From positions 8,122,001 to 8,186,000 of the forward strand of contig OX597828.1 in assembly GCA_951406725.2 (NCBI GenBank): 64,000 nt of DNA, in the 5' to 3' direction. Source of the stretch: Octopus vulgaris. Taxonomy: Eukaryota. The stretch's first letter is position 1, and each line of letters begins with the position of its first letter. The notes under the pieces were generated by a model. The model ran no database searches and was not told the origin of the DNA. It saw nothing but the letters and a program-made list of their open reading frames with translations. Position numbers and translations under genes: made by a program. Shown here piece after piece: positions 54,386 to 64,000 of this stretch.

Positions 54386-55397
54386 AGAAAGCAGGCCAAG
54401 AATCAAGCGTCATTCAACGAAGAAAGCGGACCAAGCGTCATTCAACGAAGAAAGCGGGCCAAGCATCATTCAACGAAGAAAGCGGACCAAGCGTCATTCA
54501 ACGAAGAAAGGGGGCCAAGAATCATTCAACGAAGAAAGCGGACCAAGCGTCATTCAACGAAGAAAGCGGGCCAAGAATCATTCCACGAAGAAAGCGGACC
54601 AAGCGTCATTCAACGAAGAAAGCGGGCCAAGAATCATTCAACGAAGAAAGCGGACCAAGCGTCATTCAACGAAGAAAGCGGGCCAAGAATCATTTAACGA
54701 AGAAAGCGGACCAAGCGTCATTCAACGAAGAAAGCGGGCCAAGAATCAGTCAACGAAGAAAGCGGACCAAGAATCATTCAACGAAGAAAGCGGACCAAGC
54801 GTCATTCAAAAAAAAGCGGGCCAAGCATCATTCAACGAAGAAGGCGGGCCAAGCATCATTCAACGAAGAAAGCGGGCCAAGCGTCATTCAACGAAGAAAG
54901 CGGACCAAGAGTCATTCAGGGAAGAAAGCGGGCCAAGAATCAGTCAACGAAGAAAGCGAGCCAAGCATCATTCAACGAAGACAGCGGGCCAAGAATCATT
55001 CAATGAAGAAAGCGAGGCAAGCCTCATTCAAAGAAGAAAGTGGGTCAAGCCTCATTCAAGGAAGAAAGTGGGTCAAGCATGATTCAATGAAGAAAGCGGA
55101 CCTAACATCATTCAACGAAGAAAGTGTACGAAGCATCTTTCAACGAAGAAAGCGGACCAAGAATCATTCAACGAAGACAGCAGGCCAAGAATCATTCAAG
55201 GAAGAAAGTGGGCCAAGCATCATTCAATGAAGAAAGCGAGCCAAGCCTCATTCAAAGAAGAAAGTGGGTCAAGCATCATTCAACGAAGAAAGCTGGCCAA
55301 GCATCATTCAACTGAGAAAGCGGCCTTAACATCATTCAACGAACAAAGTCTGCTAAGCATCTTTCAACGAAGAAAGCTAGCCTAGTCTCATTCAACA
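54386..55397. repeat. 28-bp minisatellite, about 36 units
   Basis: Unit TCATTCAACGAAGAAAGCGG(A/G)CCAAG(CG/AA/CA); period confirmed between 54410 and 54438. Confidence 0.96.
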
Positions 55398-55575
55398 TAA
55401 GAGCAGAGAAAAATGAAAAGTTCCGCATTCAATCTTGAAAGTAGTATATAAAGCTTTCAAAACACATGGATACAAGGAATCTCTGTTGATCATCCATATT
55501 CATGGAAATGTTATGGATACTGGAATGCAAGGAAATCCTATACTACGGAGAAATATCTGGTGTTGGTTTCAAAAC

Positions 55576-55808
55576 AAACCTTTTGATACCAACCCGGCTA
55601 AGACTGCCCTTGCTTCTATTATACAAACTCACTATATTAAGTAATGTAAATTAATAAATTCCCATTAAAATTCCTTTTTTTTATTTGCGCTTCAGTTACC
55701 TGCTTAGTAATGACCAAGATATTTTACCAAATACTTTATTATTTTCAAAATTAATTCATAACAAAACTGCAATGTAGTTCAACAGAAATATTGCAACAAA
55801 AGGGTTAA
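55576..55808. mobile_element. Degenerate piggyBac-like MITE
   Basis: Left CCTTTTGATACCA, right TTGCAACAAAAGGG TTAA. Confidence 0.45.
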
Positions 55809-56572
55809 CGCACTACGTACCTTGGTCAATAGTCATAGCAAATTGCTTGTGACGGAATCATTAAGTACTAATATCAACGAGGCATAGATACATTACAGCC
55901 CTCTGATAATTTGAATAGTTGTCATTTGTTCATTTTCCAGATGATATCCAGTGTCAGGTGGGTTGCATGAATTATAATATCTATCATAAAATATTTAACA
56001 AAAAACCTTGATTAAAATGGATTTTACTACAAAAATTACGAAATAAAACATTAAACATTTTTAATGCTGTACAAATTCTAAGAGAGAAAATATTAATGTG
56101 ATTTTGTTTTCTGAAATATCTCATATGATGGGTTCCTATCCACACAACTCCTTCATTATTATTTAATCCATTCCCGTAAAAGTACTTCAGTTTCACACTC
56201 ATTGTCTAATGTCTATGAATACGCATACACACCCACATGTATATATATATATATATATATATACTCACTCGCTCAGAATGAAGACAATATGTGTGAATGG
56301 TAGAGTGTAAATATATATATGTATGCGAGCGCACATGCAGAGATGGATACATACAGAATTAAATACATGCACACAAGCACTCACAGATAAATTGGATGAA
56401 AAAAAGAGAGTAGAGAGACAGTGAAATTATAGACTGTATTTGCTACTGAATATGAAATAACGCTACGTTGACTCAAATTAACAATAGGCGTTTTATTGCA
56501 TACCTGCACAGGTTAATTTATAGAACATTGTCCAAATTTACCCATTTTATTCTTCCATTCACTTACTGGATG

Positions 56573-56632
<60 letters not shown>

Positions 56633-58495
56633 TGTGTGTATGTCCTAACCTTCGTGATATAATATGTATTTTAGTAATCTTGCTATTTAATTTCGTTGTG
56701 ATAATATTGTTATATACTGTTTCGTTTCTGTGCAGAAAACAACACCGACAGGACTGGATTGAAGTCTCTTTAGAGTCTCGTAAGAGATCGCTTCACACCT
56801 TCTGTTCCTAGAATGAACCGAGATTGTTACTGATAGTTAGTTTTAATCTACTTAGCACGAAGTGTGTATGAAACCCCAATGATTTAGTCACCTGTGCAAA
56901 AGAAGGAATTGCTTTCGGTTACTACAATACGAAATATAAGGCAAAAATACATGCCTGTATTTAGATTTGCTAAGAATTAAACCAACTAATGTACGCAAGA
57001 GCTTCGGCTAAATTTGCCTAGTATATAATTTTCCTAAACATTGACCGCAGAGAGAGAAGCAACAGATATCTATTCATACAGCATAAAAACTCGTGAAAGA
57101 AAGTAGTTAGGTCAGGTCAGTTTATGGTTTTACTTTTAACAAAGTTAAAATTCTTTATTTATTATGAGTAACACGAGAATGGATTCGTTTACATTTAAAA
57201 TTACCATAACGTCAGCTATATAGAAAGCAATTAGTTAATATACACACTCACCACCCCATGTATATGTATGTGTGTGTGTGTGTGCATATTAACATATATA
57301 TATATATGTATATATATGTGCGTGTATGTATGTATCTATCTATCTATCTATCTCTCTCTCTATATATATGTATAATATATAATATATATATATACATATA
57401 CATATATACATATATACATATATCTATCTACACGCGCGCGCGCACACACACACACATACATACGTATATTTATGTTGTACCGTTAATCACTCAAAACGTC
57501 GAAAAACTTTTCCATTCCTTCCGAGCATTAAACCAATACACCTGCTTGTTCTTCCATCACTTGTCTTCGTGTTTTGTTTTCTGTAGATTTGAACTACACA
57601 CACACACACACACACACACATGAACACACACAAACAGCTAAGTAGATTGCTTGATTTTTAAACATACGCACAAACACACATAAACACACATGCGTATATA
57701 TAGATATGCATAAATACATGATAGTATACCACCTCACTCATGGTTGCCTTCACCAGAGTGATATCTAATGCAAGCAGTCGGTGCAAAAGACTAATTTTCC
57801 TCTGCAGCCCACGTAATCTGTGCTGATAAGGGCATGCTTTGTTCTTTTGAATACTACTATATTACCTGCTTTCAAGAGCAGACTTGCACATGTCAAAACG
57901 ACGCCCATCCTTCCTTGAGTTAACAGTAAAATAAAAATGTTTTTCCGGTATATTTGAAATCATAACAACATTAAAATTTCTGTGTGTATAATAAATGCTT
58001 GAAATAGTTTTAGTTGAATACCCCTTGGCAATAGGCGTTTCACTGCATATAAGCACAAATTAATTTTCTAATGTTGCTCTTGATGTAACAATCTATTTCT
58101 TGTGATTTGATGACCCAGCGTTATTTATTTGCCTTAATTTCTATTGTATAATGTTGTGCACATATATTAATTACTTGATGAAAAGGTTACAAAATAGACG
58201 TAATCTTAGAGATGTTAGTTGGTTTGAATAAACCTATATTCACCTCACATAACTCGTAACTTTATATCTTTATATACTTGTCATAGAATAATTCTATCGT
58301 TCGGAATTTCTGGATTTATAGCGATCGCCCTACTTTGTAATTGAATGTTAAGTGGACTGATAGCCGACTAAATGTGAAGAGCTTGCTGAGAATGCCACAT
58401 TATTCTCTGAATCCATATTGTATACTACTCTTAGATGTATATGTGTGTATGTGTACAAACACACACACACACACACATATATATATACGCATATA

Positions 58496-58616
<121 letters not shown>

Positions 58617-58634
58617 GGGGAACAAAACACAGAC

Positions 58635-58668
<34 letters not shown>

Positions 58669-58669
58669 G

Positions 58670-58860
58670 TCTGTGTTTGTTCCCCTTATCACCACTTGAT
58701 AACCAGTGTTGGTGAGTTTACATCCCCGTTAATCGGGGTTCGGCAATAATAAGCCGGGTGAATAAGTGCTAAGCATAAAAAAATAAGTCCTGGTGTCAAA
58801 TTTGTTCGATTAAAACACTTGACGGCGGTGCTCCAGCATGGCTGCTGCAATAAAATGCAA
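58670..58860 (+). mobile_element. SINE family D 3' part
   Basis: TTGATAACCAGTGTTGGTG...GGTTCGGCAA...AATAAGTCCTGGTGTC...GGCGGTGCTCCAGCATGGC. Confidence 0.75.
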
Positions 58861-59697
58861 ATTTTTTGTTGAAACTGTATGTAGTACAACGGTGATAATG
58901 CTTCAACAGTGATACGGGGTTTGTGTGGGTGGTGATAGACAAGTGGTAGTGACGGTAATGGGGCTGGAGTAGTATTGAAACTGTGTTGAAGAGACACGGC
59001 TGACTGAATCATAACCTCTAGCTACAATACGGTGTTCCGTTACAATGGGAATTATAATTATGTCTCGCGAAGGGCCAAAGGTCAGAAATTGCTATATTTG
59101 TTGGGAAACTGTAAACTTGTGATGTTCATATCTTTCTCAAATAAGCAAAACAAGTGAAGTGAAGCAATTCCCACGTTGCTATAAATAATAATAACACATA
59201 TGGGCGCAGAAAATATAGGAACACAAAACAAAGAGCGAAAGTGAGGGAGAAAGAAATATACTGCGTGCACACGTGCGCGCGAGTGACGGTGTACATAAAG
59301 AAAAAGTGAAATCCATTGTTTAATTATAAGATATAAATGCATAAAAAAGAGACAAAAATAGCATTTCTTTCTTTGCTGAAATGATAACTTAATCTTAAGA
59401 GTTTTATGGTGTGGAACAGAAAGCAATATTTAGCAGAAAAATCGAGGCGAAATCTATAGGTAAAAAAAATAAAATGGCTGCGAAAGTATTAAATGCTGTT
59501 ATTTATAATGGAAAATTGATATATGCAAGGCTTTTGTTGCAATGTCTCCCCCCCCCATACTTCGCACAAGAATCCATATCTAAGCAACATTTCAGCTGAT
59601 AAATATTGGAACATTTGAAAATTAAAAAAAAATTGTATACCTAGGTATTCTCAAAGACTGTACGAGAGTGTGTACGTGCGTGAGCATGCGTATGAAT

Positions 59698-59779
<82 letters not shown>

Positions 59780-61619
59780 GCGTACAGTTATATTTTAATA
59801 TTTGTATATTTTCTTTTTATAAGCATGCGTACGTGGTAGAATTTTAATATTTCCAATAACAATTTTCCTTTTCTTTTTGAAGGTAGGGGATTGTTTTTTA
59901 ACAAGGACACTCGACACGATCGAATTGTTGTAAATTATACGACTAATACGATTTATTAAAAAAGAAAGAAAAATATTAAAATAAATTATAAAGAGAGAAA
60001 AAAAGAAGAAACAGAAAATTTATATTAAAAATAATATTAACGAACAGATAACAAAAAATAATAACCAAAGAAACCATCAGCAAAATGACGATAAAAAAAT
60101 TCTTCAAAGGACAGGTTTATTGATAAAGCCACAAAAATTGCAGAGCGATATCTTAAAGCTGAACACGGGACAACATTCCTTGATTAGCCGCTTGGAATGG
60201 CCTATTAAGCAATTGAATTGTAGTTTTTAGTTGCCGTCATTGAAAATAACATAACGAAGGAGGAGGAGAAATAGAAAAAAATATTAAAGAAAAAAATTAA
60301 AAAGAGAAAGGAAAAAATCTATTCAAAGAATGGAATATACAAGAGGAAAGTGGTAGAGGCTGCAGCAAAATAAAATGTATCAATGTAACGTTGCAAATGA
60401 AACAGAAAAAAAATATACACCCACACGCACACAGACACACATATATTTGCGCATGTGTGTGTATACATATATACATTCGTATATTTGAGTGTGGAATATA
60501 TATATATAAACAAACTCATATACACATATGCATATAGCACACGTGGGCATATGCATGAATATATCAAATGGAATAGCAAAAATAAAATGAAACTGAGGAA
60601 AACAAAGGATTAATATGGCTTTGTGTGATTGCATATCAGAAGTGTTTCACTGATTGTTACTTAAATTTTGTGATAATGTCAAGCTTACCCTTCACCAACA
60701 TAAATCTCAACCGGATAAGTTATTGTTTTCTGGCGACCATATTTTTGTAATTTCAGTTCTGGTTTGATCTTTGAATCTTTATTTTTAAACGAATTATTAC
60801 TTGTTTGTTCTTAATGCAATCTGAATTTGTATAATTCTTTTTGTGTACATGTACGCGTATGAGATTGTGTGTGTCTGTGGGTGTTGTGCGTGTGACATGA
60901 ACGTATATTAATGCATGGCTGTGTGTGCATGTTAGCGATTATGTCTGATATATCTTTGATCTCATCATAAATCATCTGGATTTCGTTTTGAAAAATATGT
61001 GCGCAAAAGTATGCTTATAACAACGATTGATGATGTTGTTAGTACTGTTGTTGTTGTTGCTATTATTGTTCTTGATTTCTTGGATTCTCAGAACTGGTAC
61101 AACATCGAAAAATTGCCTTATCCGATAGTTTTCTTTACATCTTGCTTTCAATCGTAGTATTGAGCTTTATTTTGTGCCGTCCCGGCGTAGACAAGATAGT
61201 AACAATCAAAAACCGAGCGCCGTTTAATTGACTATGCTTCTACTCCATATTTCCATCGAAAAATTGACCTTTGTTAGAAATGATTAATGCAATAACAATT
61301 AATATAACTATCACTGAGCTGGAAGAAACAGGAAGTCATCGGACGAAATAGCATGAAATATTTAATTGTGTCCATTTATATTCCCACCATGTTCAGTCGC
61401 TTTTTAACTTTCGTCCTTCTGATTTAAATAAAAACCACTGTGTTGTAATATGTTTAGTATTTCATCTGCGTTCACTTCCTACATTTTTGGCTTCACAATT
61501 ATTATTTTTTATTATTGTTGTCGTTTGGTTTCAATCTGCATGCTTGCTGCAATCACTTGCTGAGACACACCCAGCACCCTAAAGGAAGTGAAGTATAAGA
61601 GATATTACACTATGACTTA

Positions 61620-62575
61620 AAGCTTAGAGAGGGGAGTGGCAGAAGCAGTAGCGAAATATCTCAATATAATACAACACATTGAAATAGATACAGACTTTCT
61701 AAAAATGTGGACAGTACTCGTCAGTACAATCTTGTGGATTTCTCTGAGATATGGATCTCCTGGGACGTTATATAAATATTTTTGACATCTCTTTTTTATC
61801 ATACGTAGGACACCTAAAATAAAAGGAGCAGTCCTTGCTTTAAGATGTCACATCAATTGTATTTTAATTTATAGATCTTTATATTGACTTCATTTGTGAA
61901 ATTGCTTTACAGATATATTTTTATCAGTGGGGACAATTACATCTGTTAGTCTATAAGTGTTTTCTTTCTTGTCTTTAATGATTATGTCTGCTTCATTGCC
62001 TTGAATCTTTCTATCGGTGTTGACTGGAAAATCTCAAAGGATAGTGACATTTTTATCTTGAACGACCAGTAAGTAAGAGTGCTGATTTTGTAGTGTTTAC
62101 ATATTTTCCAGTGTAAATACTGCCCTACGCTATCATGAGGATTTTGTATACATTTCATGTCAGCACAGGATATCCAGAAGGGTGATGGTCTATTGTTTCA
62201 TCAACTGTGTGGCAGAATCTGCATTTAGGGTCAGTGCCGTTTTGGAGAACTTGGGCCTGGTAGTTTCTGGTAAGTAAGCTTTCATATTGTGGCGCCTTCA
62301 GTCTCTGCTTTCATTCCTGAGCTTCTCAGCCCCTGATGGATTGCTGTTTGGTCTACATCAGTATTTTGACTTCAAAGAATATACTGACTATGCAGGGGCT
62401 TCTGACTCCATCACTCCTCGGTTTGTTTCTGCCCGTTCTTTTTTGCAGTTTGCTTGATTCGTTTTATTTCCTTGGGAGCAGGGGGTTTCAGGTTCTTCAT
62501 CTAATTCAGGGTCAATGCCAACTTCCCTAGCAAATTTACAAACATCCTTGACAGTAGAGTGTGACGTTTTGCTGC
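61620..62575 (-). mobile_element. Decayed Dong/R4-type LINE, C-terminal restriction-like endonuclease region
   Basis: Minus strand WSQKPLHSQY and TIL*DFPVNTDRKIQGNEADIIIKDKK..DVIVPTD.NISVK..QYKDL...PFILGVLRMIKK...IHKIVLTSTVHIFRK. Confidence 0.8.
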
Positions 62576-62801
<226 letters not shown>

Positions 62802-62802
62802 C

Positions 62803-62988
62803 AGGCAAGCAAGTAGAATCGTTAACACGCCGGAGATAACGCCTTTCGTACATCCTTATGTTCTGAGGTCAAATTCTGAGGTCGACTTTGCCTTTCATCC
62901 TTTCGGGGTTGATGAAATAGTACCAGTGAAACACTGCGGTGGAAGTAATCGACTAGACATCTCCCCCCAAATTTTTCAGCCCTTGCCA
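62803..62988 (+). mobile_element. SINE family C
   Basis: GAGGTCGACTTTGCCTTTCATCCTTTCGGGGTTGATGAAATAGTACCAGT core. Confidence 0.8.
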
Positions 62989-62989
62989 T

Positions 62990-63420
62990 GAGTCTTTATT
63001 AAGATTCCAGCTCCATAACTAACTACTACGACTGCGTGCGAATTTATTGCCGAAATTATGTTTCTGACACTCACATTTGAGGTCAGTATTTTCCTCATTC
63101 GCCGCAAGTATTCGCTTTCTTCCTTTGTCTATCATGTGGTGTTTGATTCCATCTGCCTTAACTATTCCCAGGTACTTATAACTGGATTGAGGTTGAATTG
63201 CCTCCGTCATTCACCACTTGATAGCTTTATGCCTTCTGTCCTAGCAAGGTTTCCTCGTATCATTACCGTTGAAGCACATTTTGTGAGTCCAAACTTCATC
63301 TTTATATCATTGGAGAAAAACTGCTCAGACTGGACTAATGCTGTCCAGTTCTGCCTTAGTTTTTGTGAATAGCTTAAGGTTGTCCATGAATAGCACAGGG
63401 TTGTATGTCTTCTCTTGCAG
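62990..63420 (-). mobile_element. Decayed Dong/R4-type LINE, RT region
   Basis: Minus strand LFMDNLKL (YMDD), DIKMKFGLTKCA, YKYLGI, EYLRRMRKILTS...ISAINSHAV. Confidence 0.75.
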
Positions 63421-63450
63421 CTTCTGATAATTAGATCATCAATTAAGAGC

Positions 63451-64000
63451 TTATCCTATGATGATCTGCGACACGAGGGATGGTTCTTCAGCTGCACATT
63501 GACGGGGATCTTGACAGACTTCGACGTGATGTTCTTCCTTCTCAGTTGTCAGTAGGTTGGGGTCAAACTTGGCAAAGGTATGCCGCATGGTCAATTCATC
63601 CATAAGAAAGGTCATCAATATCAGTAATGTCGTTGTATGTACTCCGGCGATCTTCATGCACAAGCTGGTGCTTTTTTCTCTACATATCCGAGATGACGCT
63701 CGTGACAGATCTTCCAGATCGCTCATCATCGTCCAGGGACGTTCTTCCACCTTTGAAGCGCCCATGCCACTTAAAACATTGCACGCGACCCATTGCCTCG
63801 TCGCTGGAAGCTTACCGAAGCATGCTCGATGTTTCTGTAGCAGGCTTCAGAAATTTAACGCGAAATATCACGTTGGCTCTTTGTTCGAACTTCTTCTCCA
63901 TGTGAACAACATACAGGTAACCACTAGCAAAAAGAAAATCAGAACTTCCGAAATATACACATCGTTGTCACTCGGTATACTACCTCATGAAGTTCACTGC
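63451..64000 (-). mobile_element. Mariner transposase N-terminal remnant (ATG at 63901), element runs off the window
   Basis: MEKKFEQRANVIFRVKFLKPATETSSMLR*ASSDEAMGRVQCFKWHGRFKGGRTSLDDDERSGR...LVHEDRR...AKFDPNLLT...LVSQIIIG (WVPxxL and ITGDE equivalents). Confidence 0.88.

Noticed and set aside
54336-55315. 248-aa repetitive basic ORF, or a CRISPR-like array
   Set aside because: This is a 28-bp head-to-tail minisatellite with no unique spacers, a period not divisible by 3, a eukaryotic context and no cas genes
55930-56785. Candidate micro-exons (ttttccag|ATGATATCCAGTGTCAG|gtgggt and tgtgcag|AAAAC...CTC|gtaaga)
   Set aside because: Splice-like motifs arise by chance at this scale; there is no recognisable protein and no transcript evidence

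Overview
AT-rich, microsatellite-saturated eukaryotic non-coding DNA. The SINE families and repeat load suggest a cephalopod, probably Octopus (inference). I cannot support any host protein-coding gene, and nearly all ORFs in the track are microsatellite artefacts. The window is dominated by transposable elements. The best preserved is a young 5'-truncated Penelope-like element (RT C-terminal half plus GIY-YIG, 38611-40713) inserted in (TA)n, with a ~540 bp inverted copy of its 3' end. Also present are decayed RTE, Tx1/L1 and Dong/R4 LINEs, two mariner remnants, a hAT-Charlie remnant, Tc2/pogo-, Merlin- and piggyBac-like MITEs, several tRNA-derived SINE families and a 28-bp minisatellite. The most notable signal is a set of hammerhead ribozyme motifs in elements next to (TA)n tracts: a U3-A8 core variant in the Penelope 3' end (intact in one arm, G12 mutated in the other), a canonical type I hammerhead at 24577-24627, and a long-stem-II hammerhead downstream of an unrecognised ORF that has its own inverted duplication (16092-17189). 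There is also an unexplained GC-rich, possibly pseudoknotted RNA-like island at 29123-29303.
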